A DNA stretch of 63,397 bases, counting the filler, from Octopus bimaculoides (Eukaryota), in NCBI RefSeq assembly GCF_001194135.2. It is 8 parts of 7 records of this genome, joined end to end, with 100 filler letters (N's around TTAATTAATTAA, not from the genome) between each part and the next. Parts side by side here need not be neighbours in the genome. Positions count along the whole stretch, not along the records: positions 1 to 12,433 come from NC_069004.1; positions 12,534 to 14,568 come from NW_026297167.1; positions 14,669 to 16,318 come from NC_068998.1; positions 16,419 to 29,754 come from NC_069008.1; 4 more parts are not named here. One strand, 5' to 3'. The position numbers and the translations under genes were made by a program. The first letter of the stretch is position 1, and every line of letters starts with the position of its first letter. This document shows, in pieces, positions 12,181-22,834 of this stretch. The notes under the pieces were generated by a model that did not search any database, was not told the DNA's origin, and saw only the letters and a program-made list of their open reading frames with translations.

Positions 12181-12202
12181 TGCTAATTACTAACTGACTA
12201 AC
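12181..12202 (+). promoter_or_regulatory. Clustered branch-point consensus motifs (TGCTAAT, TACTAAC, GACTAAC)
   Basis: Located about 50-70 nt upstream of the 12253 acceptor, with no AG between them and the acceptor. Confidence 0.6.
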
Positions 12203-12253
12203 AAACTATTCAATTTGATAATTAATCATTGTCGTTTGTGTTCGTTTCAACAG

Positions 12254-12374
12254 AGAAATCATCGAGACAATGGTACAAGCTTACAGTAAAAAGATTTTTA
12301 ATGAAGAAAAGCCAGTATTTGATGGCCGAAAGAATCTTTACAGCAGGGCATATCTTCCTTTTAATCGAGAACGA
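12254..12374 (+). CDS. AGO2: Argonaute internal coding exon, N-domain; equivalent to human AGO2 exon 3 (121 nt)
   Basis: Translates (R)EIIETMVQAYSKKIFNEEKPVFDGRKNLYSRAYLPFNRER with the KPVFDGRKNLY motif. Acceptor tttcaacag at 12253, donor CGA|GTAAGT at 12375. Joins the previous exon in frame (AG+A = Arg). Confidence 0.95.
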
Positions 12375-12390
12375 GTAAGTCTGATTTTGT

Positions 12391-12433
<43 letters not shown>

Positions 12434-13134
12434 NNNNNNNNNNNNNNNNNNNNNNNNNNNNNNNNNNNNNNNNNNNNTTAATTAATTAANNNNNNNNNNN
12501 NNNNNNNNNNNNNNNNNNNNNNNNNNNNNNNNNTGTGTGTGTGTGTGTGTGTGTGTGTTAATTTTGTGTTGTAAATATTCAATGCTATTAACAACAGATG
12601 GAGACACCAAACTAAAAAGTTGAATAAGCCGTTAGATGAAACATATAACCAAAATGAATTTTGTGGAATATGTACATGCACAAACACACATACATACACA
12701 CACACACACACATGTATACACACACACATGTATACACACACATACGTACACATACCTACATACACACACATGCACACGAGTGAGTGAACAACGAACAGAA
12801 AGTGGAATTAAACACATTTGGTAAAAGTGTCTTATATATTTTAGTAAGAGTTTGACTTAGTTCCATATGACTTAGAATTTGGTAAGAACATTGGACGATC
12901 CCATCTCTTCAAACACTGAAAGGAAAGTAGTCAATCGTAAAGAAATTCAATATGAAATTACTTTTTTTTTAAATCTCACAACATGAGATATTCAGCAACA
13001 ATACTTTGTAGTAAAGATTGTTTGCCAACATAACATGGCAGTCCTGGTTTAGGACGAATGTTGCTGTAATTTAACCCCAGGAGACATCGTCTCCAGCTGA
13101 CTATACGACACGATTTGTGTCCTTATATTTTCGA

Positions 13135-13201
13135 ACAAGGGAATCTGGCACCCCCACTCAGATATTGTTTTGAGCTGAGTGGGGGTGCTAGATTCCCTTG
13201 T
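13135..13201 (+). ncRNA. Candidate pre-miRNA-like hairpin (27-bp stem with one G:U, 13-nt loop)
   Basis: ACAAGGGAATCTGGCACCCCCACTCAG / CTGAGTGGGGGTGCTAGATTCCCTTGT pair base by base; only G13147:T13189 is a wobble. The structure is certain; miRNA status is untested. Confidence 0.3.
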
Positions 13202-13204
13202 GTA

Positions 13205-13320
13205 AACAACACACAGAAGTATTAGTTTAACGCTCAGAAAGGTGAGAAAGTCTTTTACGTTTCGAGCCTATGCTCTTCGACAGAAAGGAACACAGAAATA
13301 AGCACAGAGAGAAAATAAAA
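13205..13320 (-). repeat. Dispersed repeat (homolog at 26045-26165) containing an atypical minimal hammerhead-like motif
   Basis: gtattagtttaa.gctc...gtcttt.acgtttc.agcct..g.tctt...cagaaaggaacacagaaa occurs twice. Confidence 0.6.
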
Positions 13321-13503
13321 ATGATTATTCCGAAGCATATTCACCATCTACTTCAATTACTGCTTCCCATTTGCTTGGCAGACGGTCAGACCGTCGTCTA
13401 AAGATGCCTCTGTTAAATGTTGTTATTGTTTTTGTTTAATAAAATTTATTGAAAAAGCCGCAATAATTATGCACCAACCTAATATATAAGATAGATAGAT
13501 ACA

Positions 13504-13540
<37 letters not shown>

Positions 13541-13836
13541 NNNNNNNNNNNNNNNNNNNNNNNNNNNNNNNNNNNNNNNNNNNNNNNNNNNNNNNNNNNN
13601 NNNNNNNNNNNNNNNNNNNNNNNNNNNNNNNNNNNNNNNNNNNNNNNNNNNNNNNNNNNNNNNNNNNNNNNNNNNNNNNNNNNNNNNNNNNNNNNNNNNN
13701 NNNNNNNNNNNNNNNNNNNNNNNNNNNNNNNNNNNNNNNNNNNNNNNNNNNNNNNNNNNNNNNNNNNNNNNNNNNNNNNNNNNNNNNNNNNNNNNNNNNN
13801 NNNNNNNNNNNNNNNNNNNNNNNNNNNNNNNNNNNN

Positions 13837-13869
<33 letters not shown>

Positions 13870-14054
13870 ACATCCACTCAAGCACTAACAAATTATACAC
13901 ACATACATGCATACATACATACATACATAACATACATACATACAATATATCCTGAAGTATTATAACAGTTATCTTTTTTTTTTATTGTTGCAGAATTAAA
14001 ATCCAAATTTCATTTGTTTGAAATATTTTGTTGTTTTTGTTGTGATTATTATTC

Positions 14055-14194
14055 TTTTTTACTCTTGGCACAAGGCCCGAAATTTTTGCGGAAGGGGACA
14101 GTCGACTAGATCGACCCCAATACGCAACTGGTACTAAATTTATCGACCTCGAAAAGTTGAAAAGCAAAATCGACCTCTGCGGGATTTGAACTCA
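14055..14194 (-). mobile_element. SINE family D fragment
   Basis: Homologous to 9598-9817. Confidence 0.8.
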
Positions 14195-14244
14195 CTTGTG
14201 ATTATTATTGTAATTATTATTAATGGTTTTCACGTCAGACAAAT

Positions 14245-14400
14245 TACTTAGTGATATTTCGTCCATATTTATATTCTGAGTTCAAATTCAGCAGAGATTG
14301 ACTTTGCCTTTCATCTTTTCAGGATCGATAAATTAAGTACCAGTGAAACACTGGGGTCACGTAATCGACCAGTCTCCTTTCTTACAAATTTCAGGCCTCG
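14245..14400 (+). mobile_element. SINE family D fragment, inverted relative to 14055-14194
   Basis: tgagttcaaattc...gataaattaagtaccag...aaatttcaggcct. Confidence 0.8.
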
Positions 14401-14759
14401 TTTACTGTGTGTGTGTGTGTGCGCGCGCGCGTGTATGCATGCGTGCACGGAATGGCAAGTTAAAAACATTTTTAAAATGCACAGACGAGCGGAAAGCAGA
14501 CACACAAACTTACGAACTCCTCATCAGTTATCGGTCAGTGAGTCAAACGCAATTTCGTGCCTTTAACGNNNNNNNNNNNNNNNNNNNNNNNNNNNNNNNN
14601 NNNNNNNNNNNNTTAATTAATTAANNNNNNNNNNNNNNNNNNNNNNNNNNNNNNNNNNNNNNNNNNNNGCCATCACGTAGCCTTGATTTTAAACCAATAT
14701 TAGTTACCAAAATGCAGTAAAATTATTATGTACTTATATACATATATATAAATAAATAA

Positions 14760-15007
14760 ATGCGCCCTTTTAAAGCCTAGCCAGGCTCATGGGCCCGGTT
14801 TTCCGGTTTCAATGGCGTATGTGTACCCCAGCTGGACGGGACGCCAGTCCCTCGCAGCGTTACTCATTTTTGCCGGCGGAGTGGACTGGAGCAACGTGAA
14901 ATGAAGTGTCTTGCTCAAGAACACAACGCGTCGCCCGGTCCAGGAATCGAAACCACAATCTTACGATCATGATGCTGACACCCTAACCACTAAGCCACGC
15001 GCCTCCA
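14760..15007 (-). mobile_element. tRNA-derived SINE, family C, near full length, CpG-rich
   Basis: Minus strand gtggaggcgcgtggcttagtggttagggtg...ggtttcgattcctggaccggg. Confidence 0.85.
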
Positions 15008-15349
15008 CTATACATATATATATTTAAGAATGTTTAGTAACATTCCATCCTTCCTTTCCTCTCACTATCTCCCATGCGCAGCTCCAATACGTTACTACCA
15101 GAAGCAATTCATTATAATTTCTGGAAAGATTCTCAATCGAGTACAACAGGAAACTATAGATATTATCTAAACATCTTATTCTTCGTGCACGGCTAGATCT
15201 GTTACAATGGCTCCAAAAATATTCTGCGAACAGTCATCATTTATTCATATAGCAAACTAATTAGAAGTTAAACATTCATTATACAGAATATTACGTGATC
15301 ACAAAATATTTAGAAATATGAAAATGGTTGTCAGCAGAAAGCAATTCAC

Positions 15350-15570
15350 TATTGGTTTGCAATTTTGACACAAGGGTAGCACTTTTGGGGAAGAGACTAA
15401 GTTGGTTATATCGACCCCCAGTGCTTAAGTGGTACTTATTTTATCGACCTCGAAGGATGAAAGGCAACATCAACCTCGGTGGTATTTGAAATTGGAACGT
15501 GCAGACAGGCGAAATACCGTTAAGCGCTTAGTCTGGCGTGCTAACAACTCTACCACTTCCCCCACTTAGA
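15350..15570 (-). mobile_element. SINE family D
   Basis: Homologous to 9598-9817. Confidence 0.75.
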
Positions 15571-16078
15571 ATAAATTAAATACTGATTATTATGATATAA
15601 TGAATAATTTGAGCAACAACTTATGTACAGGCAGTACTGATCATCAGTTTTAGGGTCTGGTATAGCTTCATTTGCTTCTTTGCATTTCTTCTTGGCCATT
15701 TTGCTGCAATATTCTGATAGTGCCACACCTGAAAAACAATATTTAAGTGTATATTTGCGTGATTACATCTATAGATATATCCACACATTCACAAAGAAAT
15801 GCGCAGAAAGACTCAAGAACACACACACACACACATATACACATGCATATATACATAAATATAGATATATAATATTATATATGTATATGAGCGCGCGTGT
15901 TTGTGTATGTGTGTGTGTGAATATATGTGCGTTTATGTGCATGTGCATGTGTGTGAGTGTGAATATCCGCACGCAATAACGCCTGTTTTATTGTCTGCGA
16001 CAGCGCAATGGTTCCAGCTTACAGCAGCAGATTTATGGGATCTTTCAGAGCTATGCCGATATAACTTAGGATTAATAT

Positions 16079-16088
16079 AGTAGTAGTA

Positions 16089-16139
<51 letters not shown>

Positions 16140-16167
16140 CTAGTAGTAGTAGTAGTAGTAGTAGTAA
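16079..16167. repeat. (TAG)n microsatellite
   Basis: Direct reading. Confidence 0.95.
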
Positions 16168-17693
16168 TGATAAAGATAATCCATGAATGGAAGGTATGAA
16201 TGTTGCAATATAACTTTACACATATTTTCGCTAATCTTGTTGTCTGGTGACTGTAGTCTGCGTTGCTGGAATGATTACAATACAATTTGTAATATCCATG
16301 GATATCAGATGGGTCTTTNNNNNNNNNNNNNNNNNNNNNNNNNNNNNNNNNNNNNNNNNNNNTTAATTAATTAANNNNNNNNNNNNNNNNNNNNNNNNNN
16401 NNNNNNNNNNNNNNNNNNAAGACTATCCTTTCAGATATACTTACATTGTGATTTCTGCAATGTGGTGCATAAATTGTCAAGTAAATGAGACGCATCTTTG
16501 CCTCCACTGATTCACTTGCAAAGTGTTGAGTAAAATTATTTTGTGACTGGTTGTTCTAAGACATTTATTGATTGTAAATTTTTTCTGCCCAGTTACCTAT
16601 CGGTATAGTGGTCATTTGCAAACTCCAGAGGCGACACTTTCATTTCCCTTTACTCCAAACATCACATGCACTTATTTCAATTGGGTCATGCCCTTCCAAT
16701 TACTATAGATCCGTAATGCATCTTACAGCTGTGCGTGTCACCTGTATGGTGAGGAATCCTACATTGGGGAGTAATAACGACTAGGCTAGGGTAGCCGACT
16801 GATTATTGTGATCATTCGTCTTTCCTATACCTTTCCTCTCTTTTACAACCCCAGTGAATCATTATCATCATCATCATCATTTAACGTCCGCTTTCAATGC
16901 TAGCATGGGTTGGACGATTTGACTGAGGACTGGTGAAACCAGATGGCTACACCAGGCTCCAATCTGATTTGGCAGAGTTTCTACAACTTGATGCCCTTCC
17001 TAACTCCAACCACTCAGAGAGTGTAGTGGGTGCTTTCGCGTGCCACCAGCACGAAGGCCAGTCAGAAGGTACTGGCAATAGCCACGCTCAAAATGGTGTA
17101 TTTTACGTGCCACCTGCACAGGAGCCAGTCCAGTGGCACTGGCACAATCTCGCTCGAACGTCTTTACGCGTGCCACCAGCACAAGTGCCAGGAAGGCGAC
17201 GCTGGGCACAGCTGCCATCACGATTTCACTTTCACTTGTCCCAACAGGTCTTCACAAGTCGAGTTTCGTGTCTAATGAAGACGTCATTGGCATGGGTGCC
17301 AGTCGTCGAGTTTAGTTCGATTTCAATTCCAATTTCACTTGCCTCAACAGGTTTTCACAAGTGGAGTTTTGTATCCAATGAAGGAAAGTNNNNNNNNNNN
17401 NNNNNNNNNNNNNNNNNNNNNNNNNNNNNNNNNNNNNNNNNNNNNNNNNNNNNNNNNNNNNNNNNNNNNNNNNNNNNNNNNNNNNNNNNNNNNNNNNNNN
17501 NNNNNNNNNNNNNNNNNNNNNNNNNNNNNNNNNNNNNNNNNNNNNNNNNNNNNNNNNNNNNNNNNNNNNNNNNNNNNNNNNNNNNNNNNNNNNNNNNNNN
17601 NNNNNNNNNNNNNNNNNNNNNNNNNNNNNNNNNNNNNNNNNNNNNNNNNNNNNNNNNNNNNNNNNNNNNNNNNNNNNNNNNNNNNNNNNNNNN

Positions 17694-18914
17694 TCAAGGT
17701 ACTGATACTCTGTCTAGTATGCACACTGCCATTACACATCCATCGGAACATACTGGCTTCATTCCTTGTGAGCCTACGCATGTCCTCAGCAGTCACGGCC
17801 CATGTTTCACTGCCATGAAGCATGGCTATTCGTACACATGCGTCATACAGTCTGCCTTTTACTCTGAGTGAGAGGCCCCTTGTCACCAGCAGAGGTAAGA
17901 TCTCTCTGAACTTTGCCCAGGCTATTCTTATTCTAGCAGCTACACTTTCAGCGCACCCTCCCCCACAATTAACTTGGTCACCTAGATAGCGGAAGCTATC
18001 AAGTACGTCTAGTTTTTCTCCCTGGAATGTGGCAGAAGTTGTTTTCTGCACATTCACAGTGTTTATTGCTTCTTAACATCTGCTACATACAAAAACTAAC
18101 ATCCTAGTTAACCTTCCTTTGATATTGTTGCACCTCTTATGTGTCCATAGCTTGCACTTGGTGCATCTTATAGAGTTTCTGCCTACGCCTTTTCGGCAGA
18201 TTGAGCAGGGCCATCTACCTGAAGGGGTTTGTGTTTTGTCTACCTTCCTACTTATTAGGGCTTTGGTTTTAGCTAGGTTGATTCTAAGGCCCTTCGATTC
18301 TAGTCTTTGCTTCCACACCTGAAACTTCTCCTCTAGTTCTGAGATTGACTCAGCAATTAGTGCAAGGTCATCAGCGTAGAGGAGCTCCCAGGGGCATCCT
18401 GTCTTGAATTCCTCTGTTATCGCCTGGAGGACTATGATAAATAGGAGGGGGGCTGAGGACTGAACCTTAGTGGACCCCTACCTCTACTCGGAATTCTTCA
18501 CTGTACTCGTCGCCAACACTCACCTTACTAACAGCATCTCTGTACATGGCGCGCACAGCTCTCACTAACCATACTTCTATCCCTAGTTTCTTCATTGACC
18601 ACTAGATGAGGGATCGGGGGACCCTGTCAAAGGCTTTCTCCATGTCAATGAAAGCAAGGTACAGAAGTTTATCTTTGGCTAGGTATTTCTCCTGAAGCTG
18701 TCTTACCAGAAATATAGCATCAGTGGTGCTTTTTCCTGGCACGAACCCAAACTGCATCTCATCTAAACTGACTCTCTCCCTAATTAGTTGGGCTATGACC
18801 CTCTCCGTGACTTTCATTACCTGATCCAACAACTTGATACCTCTATAATTATTTGTATCTAAAGCGTCACCTTTACCTTTGTAGCAGTTGACTATGGTAC
18901 TGCTACACCAGTCA
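17694..18914 (-). pseudogene. RTE reverse transcriptase with in-frame PHD-type C4HC3 finger
   Basis: C-x2-C-x10-C-x2-C-x4-H-x2-C-x14-C-x2-C at 18207-18076, between the GLRINLAKTK and FRYLG motifs. Confidence 0.88.
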
Positions 18915-19957
18915 NNNNNNNNNNNNNNNNNNNNNNNNNNNNNNNNNNNNNNNNNNNNNNNNNNNNNNNNNNNNNNNNNNNNNNNNNNNNNNNNNNNNNN
19001 NNNNNNNNNNNNNNNNNNNNNNNNNNNNNNNNNNNNNNNNNNNNNNNNNNNNNNNNNNNNNNNNNNNNNNNNNNNNNNNNNNNNNNNNNNNNNNNNNNNN
19101 NNNNNNNNNNNNNNNNNNNNNNNNNNNNNNNNNNNNNNNNNNNNNNNNNNNNNNNNNNNNNNNNNNNNNNNNNNNNNNNNNNNNNNNNNNNNNNNNNNNN
19201 NNNNNNNNNNNNNNNNNNNNNNNNNNNNNNNNNNNNNNNNNNNNNNNNNNNNNNNNNNNNNNNNNNNNNNNNNNNNNNNNNNNNNNNNNNNNNNNNNNNN
19301 NNNNNNNNNNNNNNNNNNNNNNNNNNNNNNNNNNNNNNNNNNNNNNNNNNNNNNNNNNNNNNNNNNNNNNNNNNNNNNNNNNNNNNNNNNNNNNNNNNNN
19401 NNNNNNNNNNNNNNNNNNNNNNNNNNNNNNNNNNNNNGACACATTTCTCTCCTATGACATCACGATTCTCTCTCACACACTGTCTTGCAACACGAAATAC
19501 CTCATGTCTTTGGTCCTCATGGTGCAGAACATTGGCAAATCTTTTCTTATCTGCTTCACCTCTGGCTAAATAAACCTGTCTCCTAGCTTCCCTTCTGGCA
19601 GTCTGATACAATTCCCTGCTACCACCGTTCTTCCAGTCCTTCCAAGCCTGTTTCTTTTGTCTAATAGCTTTGTCAACAACATTGTTCCACCACCACGTTA
19701 TTTTGGGTCAAGAGGGGACTTTGCACCATCCACAGATCTGGTCAGTGGCTCTCAGCAGGTTGTCCCCTAGAAACCTCCAGTTGTCTTCCACATTATGCAA
19801 TGCTATATCCCCTTCTATTTCGTCAAAGGCTTCGAGTAATACGTCTCTAAATCTCTATCCATTTGCAGGATCTTTAAGCTTCCAGACCCTTCTCCTCCAA
19901 GCTGGTCTTCTTCTGGGCAACGACTTAGCCCTGATCCTGAAGTCACTAACTACTAGT

Positions 19958-20700
19958 CTATGTTGTGGGGTACATTCTTCGCCTGGGAAGGTTTTGGCAT
20001 TTATAAGCAGTCACTTTCTCTTTTCTTGGCAAGAATGTAGTCAATTTGGCTAGTGTGTCTGCCAGAACGGTAGGTGACTTGGTAACTGGCAGGTCTCCTG
20101 AAGTTGGTATTGCAAACCATAAGGTCATTTGCATCGCAGAACTCCAGCAGCTGGTTCCCTCCTCATTGTGGGAACCAAAACCATAGCCTCCATGTACGCC
20201 ATAGAAGCCCCCTGAATGTTGTTCAACATGTCCATTGAAGTCACCAGCCACAAAGAGAAGGTCCCTGTCATTCGTCGACGAGGTAGTCTGCAGGAGGGTG
20301 TCATAAAATTGGTCTTTCTGTCCATCGGGTAGCCCCAGCTGAGGGGCATAGGCCAAGATAATGGTTGCTAACCTATGGTGAAGGACTAATCTAATCTTAA
20401 GTATTCTATCGCACACTCTAACTACCTCAATTACCTTATCCACCCATTTCTCTGCAAGAAGTATACCCACGCCCCTGACCCCGTCCATGTTTCCTGCCCA
20501 GAAAATCTTGTACCTGTGTTCTTTGCCTGTGAGGAACCTAGCAGAACCTCCTCTCCACCTTACTTCTTGGAGGCAGCAGATATTGACATGTCTCCATTCA
20601 AACATCTCAACAATCTCACCAGACCTACCTTTCAGTGTGCCGACGTTGAGAGTGCCAACCCTGAGGGTGTGGGAGGTATGGGCCCATGAGACCCTGGGGT
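19958..20700 (-). pseudogene. RTE apurinic-like endonuclease domain, frameshifted
   Basis: ORF 19958..20770 with APE motifs; homology is lost after HNEEGT. Confidence 0.88.
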
Positions 20701-21691
20701 GGGGAACAGCAGCGTGATGTACCTGAAAAGAAAGCTCGCATTTTGCAGAATTCATAACAATCAGTAGCATTCATTTCAGCCAGCATCTACTACACTATCG
20801 TATTTTGCACCATATGATCTCTACCTTACATTGGGGATAAACCCCAAGTGGGGTGGGGGGAATGGCGAGAAGTCTTTAGAAGTGTACACGGGAGACAGTC
20901 AAGAACTTACGGTACTGGTGAGGAAGATAGGAACTACCAGTACTGGTGTAGAAGATAGGAACTTCCGGTACTGGTGGAGGGGGTGAGAGGGCGGGTGCAA
21001 CAATGCCGTTGCTGAGAGGTATTTTGGTCGAGTCGGGGAATTGGGGTGAGTGAGGTAGTTTTATAGACATGGCGATGCACGGGGTTAATCGAAAGTGGGA
21101 GGAGAAGAGAGAATAGAGAGCTAGGGAGTGGGATTGAAAGAGACAGTGTAAAGCAGAGAGGGTTAGGCCATGGCACGAGGGAGGTAGAGAGATATTCTTG
21201 GGGGGGGGAGGTGTTTCTGTCGCCTAGACACAGTAAATATTGAATGGTAGAAATATAGGATTGAGAAATAAGGGTTTCGGCCAGCCAACTCTAAGACAGA
21301 GTTATAGAGATAAGTGACTATGTGAGAAAATAAAAATGAAAACTTGAAACTTGAATAAATGAGTGAATGAATTTGGCGACATCGTTTTGGACAACAGAAA
21401 AGCAATGTGTAAGATATTTACAGATCAGGGCATAAATAAATAGAAAGTATAAGCGTGACTAGAAAAACAGAGAGATTTATCTGATCATCCTACTATGGTC
21501 GTATTAATTTGGCAAAGATTCTAGAAACGAGTGAAGGAATTGATTGCGCATGCTAGTTTTATAGACATGGCGATACAAGGGGTTAATTGAAAGCGGGAGG
21601 AGAAGAGAGAATAGAGAGCTAGGGAGAGGGATCGAGAGAGACATAGTAAAGCAAATATCGAAAGAGACAGTGTAAAGCAGAGAGGGTGAAT

Positions 21692-22439
21692 CCCTAAAAC
21701 TCGAGAACTACACAACCAATTTCATTCCAAATTAACACATGCCTTACTTAGAGTCCATGTATTGTCTTAGGCCAAAACTTTTTTAACTTCTTGCATAGTT
21801 CGAGCCCCAAAATTTTTAACTTCATACCTAGTGCTAGCCCAGTGCAATATCACATCTCCACTATTTCAGTATTACATGTCAAAAGTGAAACAATAACATG
21901 TCGCTACTGTAATTTCAAATACTTTCACTTTAATACTTTCAATTTAATACTGAAACTATTAAAGTGAAACTAANNNNNNNNNNGTAATTTCAAATACTTT
22001 CACTTTAATACTTTCAATTTAATACTGAAACTATTAAAGTGAAACTAAACTCTCATATATATACAGGCATACTATAAAACCCAACTTAAAAACATTCCCA
22101 GCAATTCAACTTCTCTGGTTGACATTAACACACCCACCCCCAATAGGAGCCATCGTTCCCACATTTTAAAGCTCCATGAGCTCCATTTTTCACGAGCAAA
22201 ATCCTTTTTACAGGTTCCAGAAGACTGAAATTTTGGAATATGCACATAAAGATCAATAGTATGGGATTTATGTCTCATGATTAGAATTTTTTTAGGGTGT
22301 GTAAAGAGGGAAAGAACCCTCATGTGCAATTTTGATGAAATTCAAATCATATGTATTCCAGTTCTTTACAGAAAATATAACAGAAAAGTCTTATTCTTTG
22401 ATAGCATGTAACACGGGCAACGCCGGGTATCTCTGCTAG
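21692..22439 (+). mobile_element. Non-autonomous Helitron, 5'-truncated, intact 3' end
   Basis: 3' terminus acacgggcaacgccgggt hairpin, then CTAG|T at 22436-22440. Confidence 0.8.
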
Positions 22440-22444
22440 TATTA

Positions 22445-22752
22445 TATATGTGTGTGATAATAGTTTCATTTTAATAGTGTCAGTATTAAACTGAAACTAT
22501 TAAAGAGAAAATATTTGACATTACAATAGAGAGAAGTTATTGTTTCACTTTTGACAAGTAATACTGTAATAGTGGAGATGTGATATTGCACTGGGCTAGC
22601 ACTAGGTATGAAGTTAAAAATTTTTGGGCCCTAAAACACCAGATGGACCCTAAGTAAGGCATGTCTAAAATTTGAATGAAATTGGTTGTGTAGTTCTAAA
22701 GTTTTAGGGAGACAGACAGACACACACACATTCTCATCTTTATATATATAGA
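22445..22752 (-). mobile_element. 5' part of a second Helitron of the same family
   Basis: Minus strand begins A|TCTATATATATAAAGATGAG...(GTCT)n ccctaaaac; reverse complement of 21692-21970. Confidence 0.78.
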
Positions 22753-22762
22753 TATATATACA

Positions 22763-22813
<51 letters not shown>

Positions 22814-22834
22814 GTGTGTGTGTATGTATATATA

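Larger units (their letters stand above)
11607..12253 (+). other. 647-nt GT-AG intron between the two Argonaute exons
   Basis: Canonical GT...AG ends; splicing restores PRRVNREII. Confidence 0.93.
16861..21685 (-). mobile_element. Near full-length, defective RTE-clade LINE (APE-RT, single ORF, (GAT)n tail)
   Basis: APE motifs LRVGTLNVGTL, CCLQEVRW, AGDFNGHV; RT motifs NYRGIKLL, QFGFVPGKSTTDAIF, DMEKAFDRVPR, QGSVLSP, LLYADDL, FRYLG; LHGSETW; 3' (ATC)n on + at 16861. Nonsense codons, a frameshift and two N gaps. Possible 7-bp TSD GTGAATC at 16854-16860 and 21686-21692 (may be chance). Confidence 0.92.

Noticed and set aside
12478-12489. TTAATTAATTAA between N runs, also at 14613, 16343, 29799, 33197, 44192 and 62291
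   Set aside because: Identical 12-mer always centred in N padding with stops in all frames: a scaffolding linker, not biology.
14500-14560. Minus-strand CTGATGA with nearby GAAA; similar case at about 10788
   Set aside because: The required helices do not form.
16923-16945. CTGAGGA-ctggt-GAAA in the RTE 3' tail and its copies
   Set aside because: No stem II or stem III/UH geometry; just a small CTGGT/ACCAG hairpin.
21909-22048. 65-bp tandem duplication across a 10-N gap
   Set aside because: Identical sequence on both sides of a minimal gap indicates an unmerged contig overlap.
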